In this document: positions 51,180 to 64,000 of the stretch, in pieces | Numbering within the stretch: the first letter of the stretch is position 1 | How the letters are laid out: every line of letters begins with the position of its first letter | Source: Macrostomum hystrix | Lineage: Eukaryota; Animalia; Platyhelminthes | DNA length: 64,000 nucleotides | Reading direction: 5' to 3' | NCBI GenBank assembly: GCA_950097015.1 | Contig: CATNEN010000010.1 | Span: 2,356,001-2,420,000, forward strand | Notes under the pieces: model-generated | Seen by the model: only the letters and a program-made list of their open reading frames with translations | Told to the model about the DNA's origin: nothing | Databases searched by the model: none | Position numbers and translations under genes: made by a program

Positions 51180-52810
51180 GAGGCTTTAGACAAGTGTCAA
51201 GTAGTATATCTTTGATTCAAGACTTTTTATCAGCTATGTGTATCCATTATCCTGGACCAACCTCACAGATTGTATATAGAGGAAGATATGAAGAATAGAA
51301 TAGAATATGTATATAGAATGACCATTTAGAATAGAGGAGTCTTTGGAATCTATAAGTAAAGAGGAATGACTACTAGCATGCAAAAATACTATAGAAGCCA
51401 TAAAATAATTTGTTCGAATGGTTTTCAAGGCCTTTAGTGAAAATCAAAAGTCATTTAGTGAAAAATGAAGCAATTCTAGTGATTAAATATATTAAAAAAA
51501 TTGGTCTTAAGCACAAATTAAGTAAAAATTCTTAACATTTGAAAATTCTTAATGAGGATAGTAGACAATATTAATATTAATCAGGGGAGCTATCGTGTAC
51601 TAATTGACAAGGCCTTAGTATGGTTCTTTTAATGTGGTGACCATTGACTTTAATTAATTGATTGCACTTGACCTAATTGGACCACATATGTAGCCAATTG
51701 CATAGTTGTATTGCTTTTGTAGCACATCTGAAGGCTGGATCAAAAAACCTATTAAGGGCATAGTCAGGGAGGATATCACACCTACTATTTACTATCAATT
51801 ACTCTAGTCCATAGTCACATTGTACACTGTACATTGTACACCAAAAAAAATGTAGCAAATAAAAAAATACCTTTTCCAAAAAGCTTTTGTGTCCCATATG
51901 CTTAAAGGATACTAGGGTATCAGCTTTGCTTGCTTACTTGCTGTTTGCTTTGCAACAGTAAAGTACATTTTTACTACAGACAGAAGCATTTGTGTGGCAA
52001 ATTTTGCTAAGTAAATTTATCATATTTAAATGCTCTTTTGGCATTTAAGTATACTTGATATGCTTTTTAAGTTAAAAAACTGAAAGGATTGAAGAATAGA
52101 ATATATTAAAGTTTGTATAAAGAATGAACATTTAAAATAGAATACTAAGATAAATTAGCATTTCAACTTAACTACTTTAAGGCTGACAAATGACACTACA
52201 AAATATAAATAAGCCAAACAAAAAAAAAATGTTTTAATCAAATAATTAAAATGTTCCAATTAATTTTTTTTGCTTATTGTGGCAAGGTTTTATTTCTAGT
52301 TTATGTGTATACCAAGTAATTCAGGGCAGGGTTACAATGGTTTGACCAATTTCGGGGAGTGTACATAGGCCTCTATCTTTGCATAGGATTCTTATAGTGT
52401 ATACAAATAAGCATGGAGAATTTTATATATCAGAGGCTGGTATGTATTTGATTCATTGTGTATGAATCGTACACAGTCTCTTTGTAGATATGTATAGCCT
52501 ATAGATCATAGATCAGGCTGGGTGCATGCCATAAAATAAATCAAAAGGCTAGACTCCAAGAGTACATACAAAAAGTTGCTTTTGTAGCTGATTAAAAATT
52601 AAAAACAATGTATTGCACTGTCTAAAGCCTCTGTTCTGTTGGCCAATAAAGACAAATTCAAATTCCTTTTTATCTACAAACTTGCTTAATATTTACTTTT
52701 CATTTAGTGTCATTACTGCTAGAGTTAGCTACACCAGCATTATAACCACTAGGTATACATGCCACAAATTCAGTGAGGAAAGCCAAGAGGCAATTCTATG
52801 CCAACCAGAT

Positions 52811-53250
52811 CCTAGACACTTCGTCATCTTACAACTTCATCATCTTACAACTTTATCATCCACTTGGAAGGTAGGACACTTCGTCATCCAGCCAATTGGC
52901 ATGCTTTAAAGTTTGGTCAGTTCGTCATCTTCTAATAACAAGCAATCAAGTTCGTCATCAATAAAGTGAGGGTGGGGATGTGGGGTGGTGGCGCAGAGGT
53001 GTGAACACACTTCACACTCTAAATTATCAAAAAGATGTGTCAAAACTGATTTCATTATAAGTGTTGAAAGATAGGTGCCAACACGATGTGAGGAGGTGTG
53101 AGGAGGGGTGGTTCTGTTCTAACTTTGAAAACTTTTGTTTTATAGATGACGAAGTGTCCACAAGTCTAAGTCTCTTCGTCATCCACCCTCTAAGATATTG
53201 GACAGATCGTCATCTGGATGATGAAGTTGTAAGATGACGAAGTGTCCAGG
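52811..53250. mobile_element. 440-bp MITE-like element
   Basis: 34-bp near-perfect inverted ends CCT(A/G)GACACTTCGTCATCTTACAACTTCATCATC, with internal TTCGTCATC copies. No clear TSD. Confidence 0.75.
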
Positions 53251-54059
53251 TACCATGCCAACCATGCATGCAAAATTTGGCATGCAACACCAATGCATGC
53301 ATGAATTTACAGAACATTCTTCATGATCCAGACTATGGAGTCTATGGTGTATGGGTATACAGTAGTGTAGCCATGCACATGTCACCTTTATGATTATGAA
53401 GCGCACTACTGTAATATATTAGCTAGCTATCTAAACTACCTTACTTTATTTTTAACGACAAAAGAAAAAAATTTGCTGTAAATGTAAATACAATACACAC
53501 AAAATATTTATTTGTAACAAACGTACCAACAACTTGCTTCTCGGGTTGAGGAGATTTCTCTTTATTAGAAGCATTGGACTCATTTTTATCCATATTAAAT
53601 GAAAAAATTGTGATATAAATCTAGAAGCTTAACAGTAGAACTACAGCCGATGATCCAACAAACAACAAGCTGACTATTAGGTGATAATATATCTTTTTTG
53701 TCTTCCAAATCATTAACTGTATTATTTTCTAAGATAGCTTATGCCCACGAGTCGCGAACTATAACAATATTTTTTTCCTGTTTTTGCAAATCTAATACGC
53801 TCGTCTGTTTGAGAAAATATATTGGACACTAAATTTCTGTGAATTTGTTGGTTAAATATATTTGTGTACAGCCTACCAACTATATTTTTTAAGGAATTCA
53901 TAATTTATGAGGTTTCAAGTTTCATTGCAAATGCAACCGTATCCACAATATTGTATTAATCGAAGAAATCAGAGTACAGAAATGGAATCGGTGCAGAAAA
54001 TGTTTTATGCTGTGTTTACACGTACAATTACAAATTGCGCATGCGTAGTAATACCAGAA

Positions 54060-54570
54060 TCGTGTGATTTTGCAGCTGCGCTCGACGGTTGCAGCCTTTT
54101 TATACTGTCTTCAATATCATGTGGCAATGGGACCGAAATCGTTGTTGGAAGATATTTAAAAACATATTTAATGATGGTTATCTTTCGGGTGTGGGACTAA
54201 AAGACGGTAAAAGAGGATGTCAAACCAAAGAAAACATTAAAACTTTGTTCAACTATGCAAATCGTCTGATGTCGCATTGCCTGATAAAATCATATGAACA
54301 ACTGTTTACTACACTAGCTAGCTTGGCTATAGGTTAGCCACTAGAGATTTCAGCTACTGCAATCTTCAGACGACGTGGCAAACCGTCCACATGGAAACTG
54401 GTGACTAATGCAAAAAAATATTCATGAGAACAACAATTGACGGCCGCCCTGACTGTTCTGCACGGAGACCCAGACACAGACTGATCAATTGCTCGAAGAC
54501 AGCTCGACGCCCGCATATTCGGCCCTTGCTTCTCGCGCGTCTGGCTCCCGCTGGACATGCTGGACATTAT
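54060..54570 (+). pseudogene. Possible decayed OTU-like cysteine-protease fragment
   Basis: DGCSLF..SS..CG..TE, G*PLEISATAIF and GHYD motifs occur in order but in three different frames. Confidence 0.25.
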
Positions 54571-55384
54571 GATATGATACGTAACGAAACGACCGACAAC
54601 CTAAACCAGATGAGCGCACCTGACGCAATATTGTGTCCTGAGCTGCTTGGGCCGCCCCATTCATTGGGAACTCGGTGGTCGCGGTAAGAGCATATCAAAT
54701 TATTTATACTTCTTGTACTTTACTTTAGTTTTTCTGTGAAGCGCCTCAGACGTCATAAAGCGATCTGTGTGATCATCAGGATGTCGTATTTGTCTCAGAA
54801 AGGGGTTTTCCTAATTGAATGTACTCAAAAGTATTTATCCATTATGGATTTCGCCTCAATAGAGAAAGTAAGAATTGGTTAAAGGTTCTTTGCGCTTTGA
54901 TATCCACGAGCTTTACTGCCGGTTACATTTACGTGTAACACTTCCCGTCATTTCGCAATGTACAAGCGTTCGCGTTCGTTTAATTTATCTGCAATTAAAT
55001 AAAATACACGCATTGTTCAGTATATAGCTACAGTTAGAAAGTTAGAAATACAACAACAAAACCACTGCAGCTCTGGTGGTCTAATTGAACTGATACGGAA
55101 AGCCCGATGCTATTCAAAGGATTCCCAAGCAGGAAATAACATTGGGAGGAGGCCGAAAGCAAGTGTTTTTTAGATGTAACTAGTCATAAGAAACTGAGCC
55201 CCTTTCAAGGCAGCTCAAGTATTCTCCATTAAAATCGTGCTGCGGCGTGACAGATGACCTGCTTATAGTTATTAAATATAATTTTGAGCATTTGAAGTTG
55301 ATTTGCTAAGCTGCAGTGACTGTGACAGCTACGCGATAAGGTATAGGCAGTTTCACGGGCAAGTGTACCAATTAGCGGTATAAG

Positions 55385-56881
55385 TCAAACATCCTCCGCC
55401 GGCTTGTCCTTTTCGCGCCCAGCCACTGTCCGCCTCAGTGCGCGAACAAACGCCGACTCTTTCCGAACGAAAAAATCGATTTTCAAGGCCGCACTGCGCC
55501 GCTGATGGGGCTGGAGGCACTGCAGCAGGTTGACGTCCTTGTAGAAGAAATGCGGCAGGCTGCCTATGTGCATGTGGTCGCGCACGCATGACAGCAGGTC
55601 GCTGGTGTAGTGCGCGAGATTCGCCCGCTGCCAGCGGATTCCCACCAGGTCAATCTCAGTCTCGGCCAGGTGGAACATCACGTGCTTCAGCATGTCGCGG
55701 CTAATGCACCGCAGCTCCGGCTGGGAACTGCAGAAGTCGGTTAAGCCACGCCAAACTCGTAACCGAAGGCCTCGGTCTGCCCTTGACAGCGACTGCAATA
55801 GCAGAGCTTCCTCCATGAAGTACTGCACAGTCCACAGGTCTTGGTTTAGCGATCCTTGAGTGGCAAACGAGTAGGGCCTGGGTGTCAGGTAGGCGTGCTC
55901 ATCGCTCGGGAACTTGATGACTGGCGTACACCTCAAGTGCAGGACTCGAGCTGTCAACTCGGGCGCTTTGCCTCTTCGAGGTCTGCTAGGAATGTAAACC
56001 ACTGTGGCTGGGATCCCAGGCTCTAGGAGGTCGGGAGCGACATCTTCCTCTGCTGCTTCATCGTCTTCATTTTCTCCGTCCTCATGATCCACTTCAGTGC
56101 CGGGCGCAGCGTCCTCCACGTGAATAGCGAACGAGACGGGATCATGATCATCGTCGCCACCGGAAGCTGCTTGCTGTCCCGGAGGCGGAGCTGCCAGCTG
56201 GGTGTCTAGATATTTGGATGTCACTGTGACAGTGACATCAATCGAGCCGACATCCTTGTTAATTTCTACTTGTTGTACAGTGAGATCCTGTCCATATCGC
56301 ACGGAAATCTGTTGCACTGCGTTATTCACCAGTTTCCAGGTGGACTTCAGCGCCACTGAGGAAGACAAGTAGCGCTTTGATGATTTTAAAAAGTCGAACG
56401 GATCTTTCTCGAATGCCGTCTGCGGTGGCTTCTGCTTCACTGCGGGAATTTTGATCCCAATCAAGCCGGGATTGCCCTCCGGTTGGATTCGCAAGGGAAA
56501 GCCGGGAGGCAGGCGAAAAGGAAGCAGAATTTCGTAGCGCTCTTGGTCGCCCCACACTAGATCCTCTGCAGTGGACGCAACTACCGGTGCATCGTAATTG
56601 ATTCGGTAGTTATTGACGTGCAGTTTGTAGTACATCTCCTGACAAATGCGGTCTAGGTAACGCCGGGTCTCCTGGAAGCTGGTCTCGGCGTCTGAGGCGA
56701 TAAATGGCGGGCAGAGGCGCTCCAGAGCATCCAACACTGGCGACGGCTCCTCAATGATGGTCTTCTCACTCGTCAGACCGTTGAACAGGACATTGTTTGA
56801 ACCATCGGCCGCACCTCCCTGGTTTGTTGCGGTGGGCAGTTGTCCAAAAGATCGATAGCGGGCGTTAGACTTTGTCTTCAT
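55385..56881 (-). CDS. Mab-21 / cGAS-fold nucleotidyltransferase-like protein (498 aa), probably catalytically inactive
   Basis: Mab-21 C-terminal pattern W..QYFMEE.LL..., S..MLKHVMF, W....LA, LPHFFY.DVNLL. N-terminal ASTAEDL..ERYEILLP and LRCTPVI align to the degenerate active-site strands. Confidence 0.75.
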   Translation of the reverse strand: MKTKSNARYRSFGQLPTATNQGGAADGSNNVLFNGLTSEKTIIEEPSPVLDALERLCPPFIASDAETSFQETRRYLDRICQEMYYKLHVNNYRINYDAPVVASTAEDLVWGDQERYEILLPFRLPPGFPLRIQPEGNPGLIGIKIPAVKQKPPQTAFEKDPFDFLKSSKRYLSSSVALKSTWKLVNNAVQQISVRYGQDLTVQQVEINKDVGSIDVTVTVTSKYLDTQLAAPPPGQQAASGGDDDHDPVSFAIHVEDAAPGTEVDHEDGENEDDEAAEEDVAPDLLEPGIPATVVYIPSRPRRGKAPELTARVLHLRCTPVIKFPSDEHAYLTPRPYSFATQGSLNQDLWTVQYFMEEALLLQSLSRADRGLRLRVWRGLTDFCSSQPELRCISRDMLKHVMFHLAETEIDLVGIRWQRANLAHYTSDLLSCVRDHMHIGSLPHFFYKDVNLLQCLQPHQRRSAALKIDFFVRKESAFVRALRRTVAGREKDKPAEDV

Positions 56882-59800
56882 GTTCCTTGTTAATTACAGG
56901 CGCTAAACAGAGATCTTCGTTCTCAGCTTTCTTCACACCTCTGTTAGCAGGCTTGGGTGGCGGCTTCTACAAAACCTGCAGGGTTGCCAAGGCGAAAACA
57001 AGCTGGAGCAGTTGCTTGGCCTGGCAAGAGCACAAGCAGATAATGTCGAATAGAAAATGGAGTAGAAAAATACTATGACTCTCTAGACCGACGCCCGGCA
57101 GGTGCATTTTATAGGACTTGCTCAATTCTTTCTTTCACTTCTTTTCTCTTCTCTTGTGCTGCCTCAGCGTAAGCTGGTTTGCTTTACTAGCAGCTGAGAA
57201 CAATGAAGACGGTACAGGAATAGGCAGCATCGCGCATGAACGGCTTAAGGCTTGAGCTCATACGAGGTTTAATTGCCATGTCGTGCGCTATATGCTAACA
57301 GAGAAGAGATGGACATTCCGAAAGCTTCTCTTAATCAAGAGCAATTGAGCCGAACGGGTGCACCGCGATTGAGCACTATACTCTGATTAGCTCGCAAGCG
57401 GGCCCTCGCTGGACTCTTGAAATCGGAGCAACGGATAAAATTTTTAGCGACCTGTTTAGTGAACATTTGCAGCACTTTGCTAAGAAATTAAGTAACAGTG
57501 GCGACTTTGCTTCCCACAATTTTAGCTTTAGCTACCACTGCAAAGAAGCCTCACATAGGTAAAGATTGGAGTTTAGTTGTCCATGGCAACCGGCTATTGC
57601 CTGCATGCAAGTGAAAATTCACACTTAGCTCAACAGCCTCCTGTCTGCTTCCTCCATCAGCCTACAATTTCCAATCCAATGCCATGCGGTAAAAAATTCT
57701 GCTCACTAGCCTCAGGCAACTGTTTGCAGATCGTGGGGAGTTAAGCGCCAAGTACGCCCTGTATGCATGGGCTGCGCGCCTGCAATCTCCCTCGACTGAA
57801 CTAGAAGGCATCCATCTAAACAAGGCACCAAGAAGTCCACAATATCCAGGGCTTTTTGGTACTAACGAAAATGAAGCTTTATAAGGGGCACTTGGATATT
57901 CTTCACAAGTACTACCTAATGCAGGTTCTACACTGAATGCTTAACAAGGGACTACTAAAGAAATCCCTAAATACTGTTACAGTATTCAATTGCTTGCGAA
58001 AATTCCTCACTATACAGTTGGTGGGAAGTTTTCCCTGTACTCATGGTACTGGTCCTGTACTGGTACTGGTACTATCGTAGTCCTTACACGGTTCTTTTAG
58101 AATTTCACTTTAGAATGGCACTTTAGTTCCAATAGTATATTTCCATTTTACTACTTATTTCTTTAATCACATGCACAGCACTGCAGTGCACAGAATCTAA
58201 ATCTATATAATCTATATATAAATTCTGTGCTGCAGGGGGTAACCGTTTATTTTACTACTTATATAAAACTCCTTCAGTAGTAATGGCGAGTTATGTTTCT
58301 GCCTCATTAGCACTACAGATGGGGAAAGGGCATGAATGGCAGAGATTCCGGCTATCTATTAACAGAGGACGAGGAGTTGCCAGCACTACAGAGATAGAAA
58401 GGGTAAGCGACCATATTTTGCAGTGGGGGCGATGGTTAACACTGCAGAGATAGGCGGCCTCTTAATTTTTTGCAGGGAGACAGATTGCGGGGAAAATATA
58501 TTTACACATTTACACATGTTTAAATTTTTTCTCATGGGCCTGAACGTGCAATGGGGGCGACTGTTCTGTTGTGTAAATTAATAACACGGAAGACAAATAA
58601 AACAAAGTCTATAAACAAAGTGCGTGATCGAGTCGCGCGGAAAGTTTCGTCTTGGCCAATAACGGGAAGGGCTCGCTGATTTATGCGCCGAGAGTTCTAG
58701 AAAGAAGGCTGCACCGAAAGTTCTAGAAAACAAGTAAACAAGTCATGCCCGATTCCCGAACTTTCTAAAATCCTAAGCTTTGTGCGCTGTTTCAATACAC
58801 AACAGCGACAAATCTGTGTTAAATATTTCAGTTGACTAAACTGTAGATAACTGAAATCGATATAAAAGAACGAAAGTCTGCTGTTCATATAAATTCGATT
58901 CCCAGTGCAGAACAGTCTTCAAAACGCAGCTTCGGGATCTTCATTCCGTCCTTTCTGCGTAAGGAAAACGGCCGTAATTCCGCTTCTCATTGACCTCCGG
59001 AGCGGCAGGGCAGCAAGGGCCCAGATCCTGCTCCAGATTCGAGTCCTCCATCGGGATGGCAAGAATAACTTAAGAAAACAGGACGTTACACACGTTAATA
59101 ATGGACGAAAATCGTAACTTGAAAGGTGCTTGAAGCACCCATATAAATGTCTAGGCTGTCAATACGGGTGATAGAGTAGAGAATGTAAAAGTTAAGTAAT
59201 CCATTACGCATCACGAACTTACTTTACTTATAAACTACTTGACTTTAATTTTACAAAAAATTAATTAAAGATTCTTCCAGAACTTAAATAGAACAATACG
59301 GCTGCTTGTTTAATTAAAAAAATTGTTTTAAAAAGTTAATTTCAAATATTTTTGCTGCACCTCAAAATATAATTGTTCGCTTAATTAATTGACCGATAAC
59401 GTGCAGAGTCTATCTACAATGCAAAACAAGAACAATGCAAATTTGTTAGTTTGCCAGTTGTTAAAGTAAAATAAAAAAAATTACGCAGTTTTAAGTCAAT
59501 GACAAATCTGGGCTCCAAAGTAAGCCGCATAGCTTTAAACTTCAGCAGTGTTTTCCTTATAAAAGCCAAAGCAAAATTCTGTACTCTTATTTCTGCACAA
59601 GCGCCTAGTAGTCATCGATATAAAATGATTATACAACATTTCAATGCCCTAAAAGATAACTATATGTACGTTATTACTGACGAAGTCAGCAAGGTAATTT
59701 CCATTTGACTTAAACTGCAGTTTTATTGTATCACTGTCACTGCATGTCATAAATTAGCTCTTCGCAATACCTTGGACTTGGAGTTCACTTACCTCTCAAA

Positions 59801-60133
59801 ATATTTGGGAAATGTAGTTCTAAGCTCTATGTTTTGCAAAATGCTTTTTACCAGTTTTAGTGATTTTTGTGGTTTGGCCTAGGAAAAATATAAATGTTAT
59901 TTTGTGACAAGGCTTTTCACTTTAGGCCCCTACTGATTTCTGAGTATGTTATGTTGATAATTTGCCACCAAAATATCTCGCTATCCACCTATAAAACCTC
60001 AATGCCCCATTTGTAATAAATAGGATTGATATTCAATAGGACCCCATGCCTCCATTCAAGTTTGATCATATAAATTACTCACACATAATTTAGCTAGCTA
60101 CCCAAAGCCTTTTATTCAATTTATGTTGGAAGT

Positions 60134-60699
60134 GCTTATTCCCACGGTCCCGTGCCGATAATTTCAATTTTATCCACACTGATCCGTGCTGATAATTTTC
60201 TGCTTATCCACACGGCAGCTTGTATGAATAGGTCTACTTTCAAGTCCCTACCTATTCTTCTCTGAGCATAAGGCTTTTGCTTCCGAGTATAGTGTATAGT
60301 GTACACTATCAATGCATAGTGTAAAATAATAACAATGATGTATAATGTGTGACGAGTTTTGCGCTGACTAGAATTCTGCTGGTTGACTCATATGATTTTC
60401 TTTGATAGACTTCTTACTTTGTTGTAAGTCAATACAATTCAAATGAAAACACATAACAATGACAAAAGATTTAGTGAGTTGTTATTAAAATGATTAAAAA
60501 GGATGACATTAATGTCGGTTAATGAATGTGTAGGTCAAAATGTAGAACACTGTCGTAAGACTTGTAACACACTGGCAACTTTGTCGATCTATTGGCTTGA
60601 GGGTTCAACAAAACGTTCAAACCCTAAAGGGCCTCGTTTCAAAGAACAGAACCATGTGGATAAAATAGAAATTATCGGCACGGGACCATGGGAATAAGC
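60134..60699. mobile_element. 566-bp MITE-like element
   Basis: 45-bp inverted ends GCTTATTCCCA(C/T)GGTCCCGTGCCGATAATTTC(A/T)ATTTTATCCACA with 2 mismatches. No TSD seen. Confidence 0.8.
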
Positions 60700-61977
60700 C
60701 CTGCCATTTATGTTTCACTTGAATTAGCTAGGTAATGTATCACCAACCGAACAGTGTATCTTCAAAACCAAACAAGAATTTTGACTTCTTCCTTGGTCTC
60801 ATGCTTGACAGAAACAAGCTATTGTGTTTCACAGAACAACTACTTTGAAAGTTGAAGAAATTATCTATAAGCTGAGGCATGATGTGCAATGAAGCATTAA
60901 GAGGAAAGAAAGATATTGATGTTTCAGTAGAAATTTTTATTGCAAAAGCATTGGCCCTACTTTTTAACAACATTTTTTCAGTATGTACTTTAGACAAAGA
61001 TTGTATGTGGTTGCTTGCCAATTAAATGACCATAAATGTAGTTATTTATAGAGCAGGAAAAATGCTTTCAAATTAAATAATTCATGATAGTTCACTCCTT
61101 AAAATAAGATTAAACCACTCAAATTGTAAAACCAAATATCAAATTCTCTGTTTGGTTTGAAGATACATGAAAATCATTGTACGGTTTTAGATAAAAGGCA
61201 GAAATAACTTTTTTTCTATTTGATAAAATAGCAAAAGCAGATACTTTTTAGAAAGATGTAACTGTTTTCTATAATTTGGCTTTTGATTTATCATCATATC
61301 TTAAATAGAAAATCTGTAGCTTAGGTTTGAAGTTAAAAAATACACATTCTTGTTTGGTTGATGATACATTACCCTATTCCTATATATTTGGGTACCCATA
61401 AAAGCCATTAGGCCCACACAATAATAAATAGGATTCATATTTAATAGGTCCCCATATATCTATTGAAAATTAATATTATTTATTAGGCCTATTCTCCTAT
61501 TGTAAATTTACCAACGAAAACCCTTGTTTTGTCTGCCCAGCTTAGTATAATCATCCTGTAATGGGGTAGCCATTCTATATATAGTGGTTTGAGGTAGAAT
61601 AAAATGGGTTGTGTTCTCAAGTTCAGCATACAAAAAACCTAATAGCTAAAATATATAAGCATATTAAGACAAAATCTATTTTATTGGATTAAAGTTCAAG
61701 AAGCCCCAATAAGGTAAATTACTAACTAGTAGCTAATTAGCTCCAATAGCTGACTAGCTACCTAAACAAATTGTTACATAATTAGCTAGCTAAGCTGTTA
61801 TTGTACTTCATGTTTATACTCATATATTGTAGCTTACTACCTACCACTAAAATGACAAATGACAGTCTACTTTAATAACAGCCACCTTAGAAAAGATCAT
61901 AACCACTTTGTTTGACAACCACTTTGGTTTGCAGCTTATAGTCCTCTTGGTGGACCTGACATTGTACTTTTTAAATC

Positions 61978-64000
61978 CAGTACTGGGCAAGTTAATCAAT
62001 TTTTTAACTCGTTAAAAAGTTAAAAAGTTAATTTAATTAACTCCAAAAAAATTAACTGTAACTAGTTAAATATTTAACTTTTGCCAAAAATTTAACTTCT
62101 GAAAAGTTAAAAGTTAAAGTTAATTTCTACTTCTCACTTTTTAAAAGAAATAAATGGAAAAAATCTAGTCAATCCCAATTGGGGTGGAATTTGTCCTGTG
62201 GACTGACTGCATTTGGTATCTTAATTGTTGTAAGGGCAGCTGTGCAGCTTGCAAAGTTAATAATAGCAATTTAATTTAAAACATTCATTGCATGCTTAAA
62301 TTACTACATACATTACATTCTACTACATTACATTATTACAAAACAAAAGTAAAGTATTTGGAGTTCTAGATTCCCTGGCCAGGCACAAACATAAATAAAA
62401 TTGTCAAATCATAACAAAACTGAATATCCTTATGAAGTAATGCTAGGCAAGCCTAAGCCTCAGGTTAAAAAGTATAAATATTAAAAGCTAAAGCTTTTTC
62501 TTTTCAAAATAGCATATGAACCAATAAACTAATATAAAATTTTTCATAGTATTTTCATTTAAAATATTGCTTGTCTCATTTGAACTGTTTATTAAATTAC
62601 ATGACAAGTTACTTCAGGTGCTGCCATGCAGGTGCTTGTTGCCCCTCAGTAAAAGCAACCATGCAAGTGACAAATCAGACAGCGAGCCCCTTTTAGCACG
62701 CAGGACATTGGTCCCCATTGAGAAAAGTTGCTCAACTGCTGCGCTGGATGGAATGGCCGTGTTGAAACGCACAAAAAGCTTTAACAAAACAGGATTGCTG
62801 AACCCATGTTCAGAAACGCCGAGATTCGGCTTCCAAATTCCATCCAGCCATGTTGATAGGATTTGTTGAGCCCTCATCCTTGGGGTCTTCACTCGCTGTC
62901 CTGACTTTGTAGGTTGAAGTGCACTTGAAAAAAACTCTACTGGGCATACTGACTTCAATGACGACACTGTGTCTGATTCGACTAGTTCAGGGCTGCTGCT
63001 GCTGCTGCTGCTGTTCTGTGTCACATTATCAATCTCCACTTTGATCAGCTGCAACATCCTTTTCTTTATGGACGAAACCTTGGTAGTGTCGTACTGCCTC
63101 AACCATGCAAGTCTGAACATAGGGTGAAAGGCTGCTGCTAGCATGCATGACTGATTATTGAACTGTCATTCAAACCGAGAATTAATGCCATCAAGCAGGG
63201 ACAGCACCAGAGAAAGCAGTACTCGAGTTCAGTTCGGCTCATGCTCTCCAACTTGGATCTTGTTATGACTACTGTTGGTAGTAGGATGCCAAAGTAGGCG
63301 TACATCTCTCCTTGAATTATGTCGAGGGCATGCACAACAGGCATCATGACATGAACATATTCCTTGAGGAATGTGACGTTGTCCACATGGAAAGGTGGTA
63401 TCTGCAGGTGCAATTGTCCTTGTCCTTTTGCCTTTGTTCTGACTTTAGCTTAGGGGCAGGGCCAGCCATAGAGCTAGCAGTCACAGAAATATACTCAGAG
63501 TCACTGTCACTGATCATTGATTGTGATCTAAGATTTATATTAGGAATACTGGAATAGTCAGACAGTGAGACAGGTACAGGTAGATATTCAGATCAAATTA
63601 AATAGAAAAATAGCAAAGCCAAGGTCAAAGCTGGCTCTTAGTCCAGATCATATTGGGTGGAGACAAGAAAAAAATGAGGAAAAATAGATTTGCATGCTAA
63701 GATTAGACTGTTTTTATTGTACACTTGTGCACGCCAGCATAGTATGCAAAAACAGGTACATCAAAACAAAACTGATAAATGTAATTTAAAAAAAGAAGTG
63801 ACATTTCTAATTAAAAAGTTATTTGTATACTGTAACAGGGTATACAGCAATTAATCAAAAAATATTTATAATCAAACTTATAAACATTATAAATGTTTAC
63901 ACAGCTAATAAAACATGTTGTTTGAGTCATTTAAAGTCTATAATGATTGATATAGTTATGTTAAAGTATGTTGCTATACTATAGTACTTATTAGTTTTAT
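61978..64000 (-). mobile_element. Decayed hAT element running off the window edge
   Basis: CAGTACTGGGCAAGTT end followed by AAGTTAA/TTAACT sub-terminal repeats, with a transposase remnant inside. Confidence 0.65.
62614..63413 (-). pseudogene. hAT transposase C-terminal remnant
   Basis: EYVHVMMPVVHALDIIQGE, AAAFHPMFR and LFVRFNTAIPSSAAVEQLFS..RGSLSD (dimerisation domain), with a frameshift near 63200. Confidence 0.85.

Noticed and set aside
58905-59117. Short GC-rich ORFs (including minus-strand MEDSNLEQDLG..., 36 aa)
   Set aside because: No domain and no convincing splice donor. More likely promoter or UTR sequence.

Overview
This is eukaryotic (metazoan) genomic DNA, not prokaryotic. It has GC-rich exons with GT-AG introns, AT-rich spacers, many minisatellites and DNA transposons. 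The style suggests a flatworm such as Macrostomum, but that is inference only. Host genes: a polyQ C2H2 zinc-finger gene, a p24/TMED cargo receptor, multi-exon RFC1, UBA52, an ANKRD63-like ankyrin gene, a Y-box cold-shock gene and an intronless Mab-21/cGAS-fold gene. Mobile DNA: a deleted Tc1/mariner, an intact hAT with perfect TIRs and an 8-bp TSD, several MITEs, a decayed hAT at the right edge, and a putative ~8.1-kb element. That element encodes a single 1131-aa protein with ten SIM-like repeats, zinc fingers, a tyrosine recombinase and a C-terminal PWWP domain. The two most notable observations are (1) this recombinase-PWWP element, a candidate chromatin-targeted Crypton-like transposon, and (2) the intact hAT inserted in the last coding exon of the ANKRD63-like gene, where flanking splice signals could remove it in frame as a new intron. 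There is no CRISPR array, and no rRNA or tRNA gene could be supported.
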